Shown: positions 31,160 through 43,995 of the stretch, one piece after another
How the letters are laid out: the number at the start of each line of letters is the position of its first letter
How positions within the stretch are numbered: the first letter of the stretch is position 1
From: Gammaproteobacteria bacterium
GTDB lineage: Bacteria; Pseudomonadota; Gammaproteobacteria; CAJXQU01
Length of the DNA stretch: 64,000 nt
Assembly: GCA_965238175.1 (NCBI GenBank)
Contig: CBDEGZ010000003.1
Coordinates: 396,357 to 460,356 of the forward strand
Reading direction: 5' to 3'
Made by a program: the position numbers and the translations under genes
Notes under the pieces: model-generated
Told to the model about the DNA's origin: nothing
The model's input: the letters and a program-made list of their open reading frames with translations, nothing else
The model's database searches: none

Positions 31160-31234
31160 ATGAAAAATATTCTAGTTGTTGAAGATTTCACCTTCTTCGG
31201 AAGAGGCAGTTCAGAGATAACAAGAGTGGCCTGA
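31160..31234 (+). pseudogene. Truncated response-regulator receiver-domain stub
   Basis: The 24-codon ORF MKNILVVEDFTFFGRGSSEITRVA* has a typical receiver-domain N-terminus (MKxILVVED) that terminates after about 20 aa. Confidence 0.3.
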
Positions 31235-31418
31235 ATAGGTCTGAATAGACTTGAAGCGTCAACATGCAAACGACCTTTGTGGTGGGTTTGTAACTTGCGA
31301 ATTTATGAGACTTTTCAATAGAGATAATTCTGTTGTCATCGCCATAATCATCCCAGGATACATAAACCAACGAGCTAGTTTGTATGTGGAGCGTTTACAT
31401 TTTTTAAGGAGAATTAGT

Positions 31419-32582
31419 ATGTTTTTTATGAAAAAAATTATCGTTCCTGAAACGCATCATGCTTTGTTATTCAAAGACGAGCCGTTCAGTAATGTACTTA
31501 TGCCAGGTGTTTATAATTTGCTCGACTTAAGAAATCGAATTAGATTTTCTCTAGTTGATATTTCTAACACCTTAGAAAATGGTGTAAATGATCAGGCGAT
31601 GAAAGTTTTAAAACTACATCCTGAAAAAATGAACGCACACGTACAAATCTGGGAAACCGGAGAACATGAAGTAGGACTTGCTTATCAAGACAATATCTTG
31701 AAAGAAATTAAAGCACCTGCCGAACGTGGCGCTTATTGGACAGGTTTTGGTGAAGTAACGATCAAAAAAATCGATATTTCTGAAATCTTCAAGCTGGATA
31801 AAACACTCGCAAGAATGGTGTTAGCCGCTAAAGACTCCTTGCTTAAAAACTCAGCAATTAGCGCAGTGACTACGGCTACTATTCCAGAACGTCATTTTGG
31901 TTTTTTGGAAGTTGGTGGTGAACAGCACTCTAAGTTAGACGCAGGTATCCATGTTTGGTGGAAATTCAATCGTAACCTAAAGGTTAAACAGATTGATTTA
32001 AGGCTACAAAACATGGAAGTTAATGGACAAGAAATTTTGACCAAAGACCGTGTTGGTTTGCGTGTTAATTTATCTGCTACCTGGCAAGTCAGTGATGCAA
32101 AACGTGTGTCTGCAGAATTAGCAGATCATACTGATTATTTGTACCGTGAATTGCAGTTAGCATTGCGTACGATTGTTTCCACTCAAACATTGGATGAGTT
32201 GCTTGTCGATAAAAATAAACTGAATCAAAAAATTCAAGAGATTGTTGTCAGTAAAGCCTCTCAATACGGCATTGAGTTAAAAACGGTTGGTGCAAGAGAT
32301 ATTGTTTTACCCGGTGAAATGAAAACGATTTTGAGCCAAGTTGTTGAAGCCGAAAAAATGGCTGAAGCAAATTTGATCAAACGTAGAGAAGAAACCCAGG
32401 CGACAAGATCATTGCACAACACTGCAAAAGTGATGGAAGGAAACCCAACCCTTTTACGTTTGAAAGAACTGGAAGTGCTAGAAAAAATCACATCACAGAT
32501 CAGTACGCTAAATGTTTATGGTGGCTTGGATGGCGTTATGAACGACATGGTTCGTATCCCATCGACAGCTGCTAAGACATGA
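31419..32582 (+). CDS. SPFH/band-7 (stomatin/flotillin-like) domain protein
   Basis: The start is placed at 31419 (MFFMKK...), where a strong RBS AAGGAGAA lies 6 nt upstream. An SPFH-like core is followed by a coiled-coil-rich tail (…LSQVVEAEKMAEANLIKRREETQATR…). The listed six-frame ORF begins at 31251. Confidence 0.65.
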   Translation: MFFMKKIIVPETHHALLFKDEPFSNVLMPGVYNLLDLRNRIRFSLVDISNTLENGVNDQAMKVLKLHPEKMNAHVQIWETGEHEVGLAYQDNILKEIKAPAERGAYWTGFGEVTIKKIDISEIFKLDKTLARMVLAAKDSLLKNSAISAVTTATIPERHFGFLEVGGEQHSKLDAGIHVWWKFNRNLKVKQIDLRLQNMEVNGQEILTKDRVGLRVNLSATWQVSDAKRVSAELADHTDYLYRELQLALRTIVSTQTLDELLVDKNKLNQKIQEIVVSKASQYGIELKTVGARDIVLPGEMKTILSQVVEAEKMAEANLIKRREETQATRSLHNTAKVMEGNPTLLRLKELEVLEKITSQISTLNVYGGLDGVMNDMVRIPSTAAKT

Positions 32583-32672
32583 TGTTTTTTTAGAATGGAG
32601 TTAAGCACAAAACTTAGCTCCATTTCTCAACTCTCTTTTAATCAAATCTATAGAAACCAAAATTAAGAAGGT

Positions 32673-33104
32673 TTGAGTATGAAAAGTAGCAAACAAAGAA
32701 GATTGGAAATTAAAGAAAAAAGGAGAAAAAAAGCTGCAAAGTTAAAAATTAGTACTTTTGAGGTTTGTGATCCTCTTCCTAAAGGGGCTGTCTTATCAAG
32801 CTCAATGGAACTCCGCCATAATAATATTTATTGTGTTTTACCACTTTTTTATGTCGATAAAGCTTATAGTTGTCAGGACTGTGGTTCAAAAGAATTATGG
32901 ACAGCTAAACAACAAAAATGGTGGTACGAAATTGCAAAAGGTAATATTTATTCTAGCGCAGTAAAATGTTTGAAATGCCGAAAAAAAATAAAACCAGAAA
33001 AAGAGACTCAAAAAAACACATGGAAAAAATGGCACTTAAAGAACCCCATCCAAATGAGGCTTTTTTTAAGAAACGTTAATTATTTCAGGAAAAAATCAAG
33101 ATAA
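32673..33104 (+). CDS. Lysine-rich zinc-ribbon protein
   Basis: 143 aa with a basic N-terminal segment, CQDCGSKE...KCLKCRKK (two CxxC pairs) and a Lys-rich C-terminus. Confidence 0.4.
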   Translation: MSMKSSKQRRLEIKEKRRKKAAKLKISTFEVCDPLPKGAVLSSSMELRHNNIYCVLPLFYVDKAYSCQDCGSKELWTAKQQKWWYEIAKGNIYSSAVKCLKCRKKIKPEKETQKNTWKKWHLKNPIQMRLFLRNVNYFRKKSR

Positions 33105-33178
33105 TATCGGTTGAAAATTACCAGAAGAATATACCGAAACGACTATATCATGAAAATTAGTTGTAGAAGTTTAGACCC

Positions 33179-34376
33179 AATCTGACACATCACTAAATCA
33201 AGCGGAGCGTAGCGACGCTTGATTTAGTGAGAGTTACCCGCTTTGATGTAACTGCAACGTAAACATCAAAACACAAAGAGGTAACTCTCATGATTCATAC
33301 TAATGACAAAGTTATAAAACATAAAGTTGGTCTACTCAATCTCGCTGAAGAACTCGGCAATGTCTCAAAAGCCTGCAAGATGATGGGTTTGTCCAGAGAT
33401 ACATTTTATCGCTACAAAGAAGCGGCTGATGAAGGCGGTGTAGAAGCCTTGTTTGATCGTAATCGGCGTACCCCAAATCTTAAAAACAGAATCGACCCGG
33501 CTATTGAAACCGTTGTGCTCGAGTATGCACTGGAAGAGCCCGCACATGGTCAAACGCGCACCAGTAACGAGCTGCGCAAACGGGGAACATTTGTCTCACC
33601 CAGTGGCGTTCGTTGTATCTGGCTTCGTCATGGTCTTGCTTGCTTTAAAGATCGCCTGAAGGCATTGTCTGATAAGGTAGCTGGTGAAGGCTTGATCCTC
33701 ACTGAGTCTCAAGTCGCGGCGATGGAACGCAAAAAAGACGACGATGAGGCTTGTGGCGAGATAGAAACGGCACACCCTGGTTATCTTGGCTCGCAAGATA
33801 CTTACTATGTCGGTACTTTCAAAGGCATTGGTCGGGTTTATCAACAAACGTTTGTTGATACTTACAGCAAGGTCGCTCACGCGAAACTGTACCCGACTAA
33901 AACACCGATTACGGCAGCTGACATGCTCAATGACCGCGTCCTCCCATTCTACGAACAACAACGTTTGCCTATGTTGCGCATTTTGACAGATAGAGGGACG
34001 GAGTATTGTGGGCGAGCTGACCAGCATGATTATCAGCTTTATATGGCGTTGAACAATATCGAACACACCAAAACCAAGGTCAAATCACCTCAGACGAATG
34101 GTATTTGTGAGCGATTCCATAAGACGATCCTCAATGAGTTTTATCAAGTCGCTTTGCGTAAGAAAATTTACCAATCGATTGATGAACTGCAACTCGACCT
34201 TGACGAATGGTTGCTCAAATACAATACTCAACGAACTCACCAAGGCAAAATGTGCTGCGGGAGGACGCCGATGGAAACACTCATCGACGGACAAGCTATC
34301 TGGAAGGAAAAGTTTGTGAATTAAACTTAACCTGACAGTCGGTTACTGATAATTGGGTAACTGTCAGATCAAATCT
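33179..34376 (+). mobile_element. IS481-family insertion sequence
   Basis: It contains a 344-aa transposase bounded by imperfect inverted termini that share ATCTGACA (left 33179-33186) and TGTCAGAT (right, about 34369-34376). A hairpin CACTAAATCAAGCG/CGCTTGATTTAGTG lies inside the left end. Confidence 0.55.
33290..34324 (+). CDS. IS481-family DDE transposase (integrase core domain)
   Basis: It has an N-terminal HTH (LSRDTFYRYKEA) and an rve-type integrase core (DTYYVGTFKGIGRVYQQTFVDTYSKVAHAKLY...TDRGTEY...KSPQTNGICERFHKT). Confidence 0.85.
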   Translation: MIHTNDKVIKHKVGLLNLAEELGNVSKACKMMGLSRDTFYRYKEAADEGGVEALFDRNRRTPNLKNRIDPAIETVVLEYALEEPAHGQTRTSNELRKRGTFVSPSGVRCIWLRHGLACFKDRLKALSDKVAGEGLILTESQVAAMERKKDDDEACGEIETAHPGYLGSQDTYYVGTFKGIGRVYQQTFVDTYSKVAHAKLYPTKTPITAADMLNDRVLPFYEQQRLPMLRILTDRGTEYCGRADQHDYQLYMALNNIEHTKTKVKSPQTNGICERFHKTILNEFYQVALRKKIYQSIDELQLDLDEWLLKYNTQRTHQGKMCCGRTPMETLIDGQAIWKEKFVN

Positions 34377-34672
34377 GAATTTCTACAAATTAGTACCATC
34401 AGTACCCACACTCTGTGTATATACCTTGTGAGCTTGGTGCAACACCCGAAGCAACCAACGTTGGAGCCAATATCTGCTTCTTGCTCTATGAGCTCGCAAG
34501 GCCTGTCTTCTAAACCAGCAAACTTTTTTACCTGTACAAACGTTTCTTCAGCGATTTCCTCAACAGAATTTATTGCAGCAGGAAAAAACGCTTTGGTGGG
34601 CAATACTAAAACTATTTCTTTGAAAAAAGCATCACCACCAAAATGTTTCAACTTGAAACTGAAAATCCTCAT
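34364..34672 (-). pseudogene. Possibly truncated ORF upstream of gloA, abutting the IS481 end
   Basis: The 102-aa ORF has its 3' end exactly at the IS right terminus, and its C-terminal 30 aa look non-native (…RVWVLMVLICRNSDLI). Confidence 0.3.
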
Positions 34673-34758
34673 CCGACAAGATTCGCTTCGATTTAAAAAT
34701 ACCTAACATAAATCCGAATATCTATTCGTGGCACAACTCTTAAATTGCAAGTTTTGAA

Positions 34759-35139
34759 TTAATCACCAAGCAATTCAACCATATAACCATCCGGATCTTT
34801 TACAAAAGCAATAACCGTTGTTCCACCCTTCATTGGTCCCGCTTCACGAACAACCTCACCGCCTCGTGCTTTGATTTCTTCTGCGGTTTTATAAACATCA
34901 TCCACACCTATTGCGATATGGCCATAAGCATTTCCTAAATCATAACTTTCTGTTCCCCAATTATGGGTCAATTCTAATACTGTCGACTCCGATTCATCAC
35001 CATAACCAACAAATGCGAGCGTAAACTCACCTTCGGGGTAATCATTTTTACGTAATAATTTCATACCCAGAACACCCGTATAAAACTCCAAAGAGCGATT
35101 TAAACTGCCCACTCTTAACATCGTATGTAGCATTCTCAT
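34759..35139 (-). CDS. gloA: Lactoylglutathione lyase (glyoxalase I)
   Basis: 126 aa with [29 protein letters not shown]... Confidence 0.85.
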   Translation of the reverse strand: MRMLHTMLRVGSLNRSLEFYTGVLGMKLLRKNDYPEGEFTLAFVGYGDESESTVLELTHNWGTESYDLGNAYGHIAIGVDDVYKTAEEIKARGGEVVREAGPMKGGTTVIAFVKDPDGYMVELLGD

Positions 35140-35203
35140 CAGCGCGATCCTGTTTTTTATTTTTAGCCTCTTTTCTAGAGGCTGTTGTGTTGATCTTTTT
35201 TGA

Positions 35204-36220
35204 TCAAATATTTTTCTTTACTTTTTTTACGGTATAAATAAAAATCGTCATGCTTAATAATAACAGCGCAGCCACGCCATTATGCGCAACAGCAACATGT
35301 AGTGGTAACCCCATCGCGATATTTGCGATACCTAAGGTCACTTGTAATAACAGGAAAAAACCCATTAATAACGCCGCTTTTTGGATTGAACTGTGCTCAT
35401 TTCTCATTGCTAGCAGAAACAAAATCGATAGCGTGAAAAAAGTGGCTATGGCACCTATTCGATGCATCATATGAATTGCAGTTCGTGCATCGGTTTTTAA
35501 AACACCGAATTCATAATCGATTCCTAAACCTCTCCAAAGCGTAAAACCTTCCTTAAAATCCATTGCTGGCCACCAGTAGTTTTGGCATGTTGGAAAATCT
35601 GGACAAATCAAAGCTGCGTAATTACTGCTTGTCCAACCGCCTAAAAAAATTTGTATAAAAAGAACAATAAATCCAAATATAGCTAAGGGTAAAAGTACAC
35701 CTGTTTTACTTTCCGGTGTTGTAATTATTTTTCTCTCACGTGTTGCTATAACCACCCACGTCAGCAAAACCATTGTCGTCATCCCGCCAAGCAGATGTCC
35801 GGTAACAACTAATGGTTTCAATAGCAGGGTTACTGTCCACATTCCAAGTAGCCCCTGAAAAATGACAAGACCAACTAACACAATTGGAATAATAACCGGC
35901 TGATCAGGATCTCGCCGATTACGCCAGGCTAAAAAAGCCATGATCAAAATCAAAAAACCCAATGTGCTAGCCAAATATCGATGGATCATTTCTTTCCAAG
36001 CTTTTTCTGGCTCTAACTCTCTATGTAACTCATTACTTTCTTCATCTCTAAAACTATCATCTATGTGTTCGCTGGTTTCCGGTACCAGCAGATTTCCATA
36101 ACAACCTGGCCAATCCGGGCAACCAAGACCGGCATCAGACAATCGGACATAAGCGCCCAACACTATGACACAAAGCACGAGTATTAAAGTAAGCCGAGCA
36201 AGCGAGTTAAACGTTTTCAT
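35204..36220 (-). CDS. ctaA: Heme A synthase (CtaA/COX15 family)
   Basis: 338 aa, polytopic, with a [12 protein letters not shown] loop-Cys motif and conserved His residues in the TM helices. Confidence 0.7.
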   Translation of the reverse strand: MKTFNSLARLTLILVLCVIVLGAYVRLSDAGLGCPDWPGCYGNLLVPETSEHIDDSFRDEESNELHRELEPEKAWKEMIHRYLASTLGFLILIMAFLAWRNRRDPDQPVIIPIVLVGLVIFQGLLGMWTVTLLLKPLVVTGHLLGGMTTMVLLTWVVIATRERKIITTPESKTGVLLPLAIFGFIVLFIQIFLGGWTSSNYAALICPDFPTCQNYWWPAMDFKEGFTLWRGLGIDYEFGVLKTDARTAIHMMHRIGAIATFFTLSILFLLAMRNEHSSIQKAALLMGFFLLLQVTLGIANIAMGLPLHVAVAHNGVAALLLLSMTIFIYTVKKVKKNI

Positions 36221-36927
36221 AAAATTTGATCTTTGGTTTTTTCTAAAGTATTAGTGATTTTTTCTGGTATGTACTGATCTTGTTTCATTTGTTCAATTAT
36301 TTTTTGATCTATATGGGGAACAAATTGAACCGGAATGCCTAAGTGTTTTTCTAATGTATCCAAAGTTTCTTCTAATTTTTCATAATCTGCATCTATTTGA
36401 TTTGCCACACAAGCAATCAAACCCAGACCTTTTTCTTGTATTGCCTGGGCAGTTAACAAAGCATGATTTATACAGCCAAGCCGTAAACCAACAACCAGAA
36501 TCACCGGAAGCCCAAGTACAACAGCTAGATCAGACATATACCGATCATCACTGATTGGAACTTGCCAACCACCAACTCCTTCCACCAAAACAAAATCAGT
36601 GCTATCCGAGATAACAGAAAATTTTTCAAGAATAGTATCAAGATCAATTTTCTGATCAAGATCTTTAGCAGCAAAATGTGGAGATACAGATGGCTGAAAC
36701 GCATACGGGTTGATCAAACCATAATCTAGCTCAAGATTTGACTGCTGCATGATCAAATCCGCATCTTCATTTCTCAAACCTTGGCTGGTTTTATAACAAC
36801 CACTTGCGATAGGTTTCATACCTACAGTATTCAAACCAGAACTGGACAATAACTTGATCAAACTCGCCGTGATGATTGTTTTACCAACACCCGTATCCGT
36901 ACCCGTAATAAAATAGCCCTTAGTCAT
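36217..36927 (-). CDS. bioD: Dethiobiotin synthetase
   Basis: The P-loop FITGTDTGVGKT and a position at the end of the bio operon support the call. Confidence 0.85.
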   Translation of the reverse strand: MTKGYFITGTDTGVGKTIITASLIKLLSSSGLNTVGMKPIASGCYKTSQGLRNEDADLIMQQSNLELDYGLINPYAFQPSVSPHFAAKDLDQKIDLDTILEKFSVISDSTDFVLVEGVGGWQVPISDDRYMSDLAVVLGLPVILVVGLRLGCINHALLTAQAIQEKGLGLIACVANQIDADYEKLEETLDTLEKHLGIPVQFVPHIDQKIIEQMKQDQYIPEKITNTLEKTKDQIL

Positions 36928-36937
36928 ATTTCAAACT

Positions 36938-37798
36938 TCAACTTCTTCGAGTAATTTCTGAAATAGGAAAGTGAGCGACAGTACTCCCATCTTGAGGGCG
37001 CATCGATTCGAGCGGAACCCATGCATGTGCATAAACTATCTCATAAGTAAGTGGTAACTTACCTTCAACCCGTTGTCTTTCATAGGCCTCTTCCAACTCG
37101 TTAATCGCCTTACGACCTAACAAACCTTTTGCTCGATCAGACGAAGCATTCGTAGCACCCAGACTTTTAAGATCAAAAAGCAACGATTTCGTATCTGTAT
37201 AAGTTAATGTATAACGATCAACATCTAACACTGGTGCACCAAAACCATTCTTAATCAAAGCGTCACCAATAATATGCATATCTAGAAAATCATGTATATG
37301 AACATCCGCCTCAACCTCTTGCCACGCAGCTCGTAATTCTTTCAAAGTATCTGGGCCCACCGTCGTAAAACTAAGTAAACCACCTGTACGTAAAATTCGA
37401 CGAAACTCCTTAACCACATTATTTATATCATTGCTCCATTGAAGCGCTAGATTAGAAAAGATCAAATCAACAGAATCACTTCTTAATGGAAGGTGATCAA
37501 TATCCGCACAAATCAAATTTGTTCTACTCCTGAAACTGGAGAGCTTTTTTTGATGCTCTCGCAACATACCCTGAGCAATATCGATCGCATAAACACGGCT
37601 TTTTTTATAAAGCTTCTCTAGTTTTAAAGATCCTGTTCCCGTACCAGATCCTAAATCAACAATTCGTCTTGGATCAATTTTCGTAACCGATAATCTCTCA
37701 AGATGTTCAGCAAGCACCGCTTGTTGAACTATAGCTACATCCTCATAGCTGGATGATGCTCGGCTGAAAGATTTTGCAACTTTGTTTTTATCTAACAT
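36938..37798 (-). CDS. bioC: Malonyl-ACP O-methyltransferase
   Basis: A SAM-methyltransferase motif VDLGSGTG within the bioFHCD context. Confidence 0.75.
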   Translation of the reverse strand: MLDKNKVAKSFSRASSSYEDVAIVQQAVLAEHLERLSVTKIDPRRIVDLGSGTGTGSLKLEKLYKKSRVYAIDIAQGMLREHQKKLSSFRSRTNLICADIDHLPLRSDSVDLIFSNLALQWSNDINNVVKEFRRILRTGGLLSFTTVGPDTLKELRAAWQEVEADVHIHDFLDMHIIGDALIKNGFGAPVLDVDRYTLTYTDTKSLLFDLKSLGATNASSDRAKGLLGRKAINELEEAYERQRVEGKLPLTYEIVYAHAWVPLESMRPQDGSTVAHFPISEITRRS

Positions 37799-38553
37799 TT
37801 AGCAATATGCTCATGGATAAGCTCTGCAACTTGATCTGTTTCAGTTACGAAAGGAATATGGCCCGAATTAGATATTATCCTGGTTTTTATTCTTGGGTTT
37901 AATAATTTGATCTGCTTTTCAACAGCAACCGGCACAAGTGTATCTCTTTCTCCAAAGATCATCATCGCTGGTGTCTTTAGATCTTTGAGATTTTCTCTCA
38001 AATCGGTATTTAATAAAATCTGCAACCCTTGTTCTAAAACTACAGGTTCTATTTTTGATTTTGAAAGACTATGTAATTCTCGAATCCACGAACGTGGATT
38101 TTTATTTCCTGATGTCACGAGACGACCAAACTTATCACGCGTCATCGCTGGCTCTTTATTGTAAGCCAAAATAAAACCTTCTAGGACTTTTTGATCCATC
38201 GCCTCTGACCAATTTTCCTTTTTTACAAAACAAGGCGTACTTGCGATCAATATCAAGCTTTTCACACATTCAGGCTCAGTTTTAGCCAACTCCAACGCAA
38301 CCAAACCACCCATAGACCAACCAATAAATACAGCAGGCTCAATAACTTTGTCCCTAATATAACTTGACATTGACGATAGTGAGTACCCACACAATACCTT
38401 TTCACCACCATATCCTGGCAAGTTTATTTTTTGAGTCCGATAGTTCTTTTCAAAAACTTCATTTATTGCTTCAAACACACCTGAATCAAAACCCCAACCA
38501 TGGATCATAACAATAAGAGGGAGGTTCCCCTTATTAGATGGCAAGTACATCAC
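37792..38553 (-). CDS. bioH: Pimeloyl-ACP methyl ester esterase (alpha/beta hydrolase)
   Basis: An alpha/beta-hydrolase nucleophile elbow GWSMGG lies between bioF and bioC, as in Pseudomonas bioBFHCD. Confidence 0.7.
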   Translation of the reverse strand: MMYLPSNKGNLPLIVMIHGWGFDSGVFEAINEVFEKNYRTQKINLPGYGGEKVLCGYSLSSMSSYIRDKVIEPAVFIGWSMGGLVALELAKTEPECVKSLILIASTPCFVKKENWSEAMDQKVLEGFILAYNKEPAMTRDKFGRLVTSGNKNPRSWIRELHSLSKSKIEPVVLEQGLQILLNTDLRENLKDLKTPAMMIFGERDTLVPVAVEKQIKLLNPRIKTRIISNSGHIPFVTETDQVAELIHEHIAKC

Positions 38554-39700
38554 CCAATGCTGAAATCAATGAATCTATATGCTTTTTTTCATGCGCAGCA
38601 GAAAATGTAATGCGTAATCTCGAAGTATTTTCAGGAACGGTTGGAGGTCGAATTGCTGATATTTTTATGCCTTTTTCTAAAAGCAGCTGACTACTCTTTA
38701 ACGCTTGATCACTATCTCCGACAATTATTGGTTGAATAGGCCCATGCGCATTTTCTGATATCGGAATATTTCGCGCAGAGGCCTGCCCTCGAAAATAACC
38801 CACAAGATCAAATAATTTTTCTCGCCTCCAACTTTCCTTTTTTACTAGCTCTAAGGATTTAAGAATTGCTGCAGCCATAGCTGGCGGCATTGCCGTTGAA
38901 TAAATATATGAACGAGCTTTTTGGATCAATGTTTCAATCAACTTTTCTGATCCGGCCACGAAAGCACCCGAAATACCAAATGCTTTTCCAAAAGTGGCTA
39001 CCATTACTGGAACGTGTTCCTCGTTCAAACAAGCTTCATTCAAACGTCCAGCCCCATTTTCACCATAAATCCCAAAACCATGAGCATCATCGACATAACT
39101 ATTAACCGCATGTCTATGACAAATATCTGAGAATTTTTTCAGAGGTGCAAAATCACCATCCATACTAAAAAGACTTTCTGTAACAACCCATGATTGATTT
39201 TGATCTACCTTGCTTAATAATCCTTCTAAATTAGTCATGTCCAAATGATGGTAACGTCGTAATTTTGCAGCAGATAATTTAGCTCCATCTATCAATGAGG
39301 CATGTGCAAACTTATCCATGATCAAATTAGTATTCTTATCAGCTAATGCGCTTAATATACCGACATTTGCTACAAAACCACTAGAAAAAAGCAAAACTTT
39401 ACTGCGCTTTGTAAATTCAGCCAAAGCATCTTCTAATTGTTGGTGGATTTTTGTATGGCCTGTAATTAAGGCAGAAGCGCCACTACCTACACCATAATCT
39501 TTTAACCCCTCATGCGCCGCTGAAATAATTTCTGGATGGTTAGCTAACCCTAAATAATCATTGCTACAAAAATTCAGATACTCCTGGTTATCGATGTGAA
39601 TGAACGCTGTTTGATGGTTTTGTCGCACAGATCGGAGCCGATAGAGGTTTTCCTGACGTTGCGTTTGTAGATAATTTTCTAACTGATCATCAAGCGACAT
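38534..39700 (-). CDS. bioF: 8-amino-7-oxononanoate synthase
   Basis: A PLP-dependent class-II aminotransferase fold with a Lys motif (ATFGKAFGISGAFVAG). Confidence 0.85.
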   Translation of the reverse strand: MSLDDQLENYLQTQRQENLYRLRSVRQNHQTAFIHIDNQEYLNFCSNDYLGLANHPEIISAAHEGLKDYGVGSGASALITGHTKIHQQLEDALAEFTKRSKVLLFSSGFVANVGILSALADKNTNLIMDKFAHASLIDGAKLSAAKLRRYHHLDMTNLEGLLSKVDQNQSWVVTESLFSMDGDFAPLKKFSDICHRHAVNSYVDDAHGFGIYGENGAGRLNEACLNEEHVPVMVATFGKAFGISGAFVAGSEKLIETLIQKARSYIYSTAMPPAMAAAILKSLELVKKESWRREKLFDLVGYFRGQASARNIPISENAHGPIQPIIVGDSDQALKSSQLLLEKGIKISAIRPPTVPENTSRLRITFSAAHEKKHIDSLISALGDVLAI

Positions 39701-40714
39701 TTAGATCGGTTTCATTCCAACTCGACTTAATAAAACCTGATCACGCTTGTGTTGTGGATTATCAGTGGTAAGTAATTTTTCACCATAAAATATGGAATTT
39801 GCTCCAGCCATAAAACATAGAACCTGATGTTCATCATTCATTTCTGTTCTACCTGCTGACAAACGCAACATGGAGGCTGGCATCATTATACGAGCGATAG
39901 CAATAATTTTTACAACTTCAAACGGATCAATATCTTGCTCACCTTCCAATGGAGTACCAACAACTTTTACCAGAACATTTATTGGTACACTTTCCGGATG
40001 TTTGGACATATTAGCTAAAGATAGCAACAAATCGACACGATCTTCTTCACTTTCACCCATACCAACAATACCACCACAACAAACATTAATGTCTGCATCT
40101 CTTACATTTTGTAATGTGTCCAAACGTTCCTGATAGGTACGTGTGCTGATAATATTCTCGTAATAGGATTCCGACGAATCAAGGTTATGGTTGTAATAAT
40201 CAAGCCCAGCTTCTTTCATAGAAACAGCTTGTTCCGAGGTTATCATTCCCAAAGTGACACAGCTTTCTAAACCTAGCGATTTTACTTCTTTGATCATTTC
40301 AGTGATTTTATCCAAATCACGATCTTTCAATTCTCGCCAAGCAGCCCCCATACAAAACCGGCTAGCCCCTTTGTCTTTAGCAGCTTGTGCAGCGACTTTT
40401 ACCTCTTCCAACTCCATTAATTTTTCGGGTTTTAACCCTGTGTTGTATTTAATGCTCTGAGGACAATAGGCACAATCTTCACTACAACCACCGGTTTTAA
40501 TGTTGAGCAAGGTACTAAGTTGCACTTCTGATGCATTGAAAAATGATCGATGAAGTGTTTGCGCTTGATACAAAGTCTCGAATAAAGGTTGAACAAACAA
40601 TTTTTCAACCTCCGTTCGGGTCCAATCATTACGAATTTGATCAGATTGTTTTAAGTCGTGTTGTTCAATATTAGCGATTTTTTTTTCAATGTTTACTGTT
40701 TGCTGAACTGACAT
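39701..40714 (-). CDS. bioB: Biotin synthase
   Basis: A radical-SAM CSEDCAYC motif and the YNHNLDSS signature. Confidence 0.92.
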   Translation of the reverse strand: MSVQQTVNIEKKIANIEQHDLKQSDQIRNDWTRTEVEKLFVQPLFETLYQAQTLHRSFFNASEVQLSTLLNIKTGGCSEDCAYCPQSIKYNTGLKPEKLMELEEVKVAAQAAKDKGASRFCMGAAWRELKDRDLDKITEMIKEVKSLGLESCVTLGMITSEQAVSMKEAGLDYYNHNLDSSESYYENIISTRTYQERLDTLQNVRDADINVCCGGIVGMGESEEDRVDLLLSLANMSKHPESVPINVLVKVVGTPLEGEQDIDPFEVVKIIAIARIMMPASMLRLSAGRTEMNDEHQVLCFMAGANSIFYGEKLLTTDNPQHKRDQVLLSRVGMKPI

Positions 40715-40758
40715 GCTGTACCTTACATTTATATTTTATTATTTAATTCTGCATCTTT

Positions 40759-41544
40759 ATGGATGATATCATGAGATCGCTCCAATCCATCAGACAAGTA
40801 TATAAACAGTCTCTTTCACACCTGAAAAGTAATTATTTGATCGAGGCAAAAACATTTTGTATTTTATGTGGGGAGAAATGTAATAAAATAAAAACTTTTG
40901 AAAGAACACTTCTATGCACTGCCTGTACAAAAGATCTTCCACTCATAGAAAACCCTTGTCATGTTTGTGGTATACCATTGCCTTCTAAAAACAGTACGAC
41001 GACATGTGGAAGGTGTTTAAACACAGCACCTTATTATCAAAAAAGCACTATTCCACTTCAATATGAATTCCCTGTAACCATATTAGTTAAACAGTTGAAA
41101 TATAATGATAAATTATTGTTTTCTGAGCTACTTTCACAATTATTAATCGAAAATATTCAACAAAACTCTAACCCTGTTCCTGAAGTTATTATCCCAGTAC
41201 CGCTACACCCATATCGCTTAATAAAACGTGGTTTTAATCAATCTGAATTAATAGCGAAAAAACTATCTAAAAAGCTAGAGATCCCTGTTGATCTAAAAAG
41301 TTGTAAACGGATTAAAAACACCTTACATCAAACCAACTTTACTATTAAGGAAAGAAAGAAAAACATCCGTAATGCTTTTTCGATCAACGAGTGTTTTTCT
41401 GCAAAACACATAGCGATTGTGGATGATGTTGTAACAACCGGCAGTACGGCCAACGAATTAGCCAGAATGTTTCAGAAATCTGGCACAGAACAAATCGAGA
41501 TCTGGGCTTGCGCTCGCACAGTTCCTGATCAACCAACTATCTGA
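40759..41544 (+). CDS. comF: ComF-family protein (phosphoribosyltransferase domain)
   Basis: An N-terminal Cys-rich Zn-finger and a C-terminal PRTase motif IVDDVVTTGST. It is divergent from bioB, as in Pseudomonas. Confidence 0.7.
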   Translation: MDDIMRSLQSIRQVYKQSLSHLKSNYLIEAKTFCILCGEKCNKIKTFERTLLCTACTKDLPLIENPCHVCGIPLPSKNSTTTCGRCLNTAPYYQKSTIPLQYEFPVTILVKQLKYNDKLLFSELLSQLLIENIQQNSNPVPEVIIPVPLHPYRLIKRGFNQSELIAKKLSKKLEIPVDLKSCKRIKNTLHQTNFTIKERKKNIRNAFSINECFSAKHIAIVDDVVTTGSTANELARMFQKSGTEQIEIWACARTVPDQPTI

Positions 41545-41570
41545 GTATGCATCAAAACCCTAAACATCTA

Positions 41571-43976
<2,406 letters not shown>

Positions 43977-43995
43977 CTAGTGTTTAGTGCGAGCA

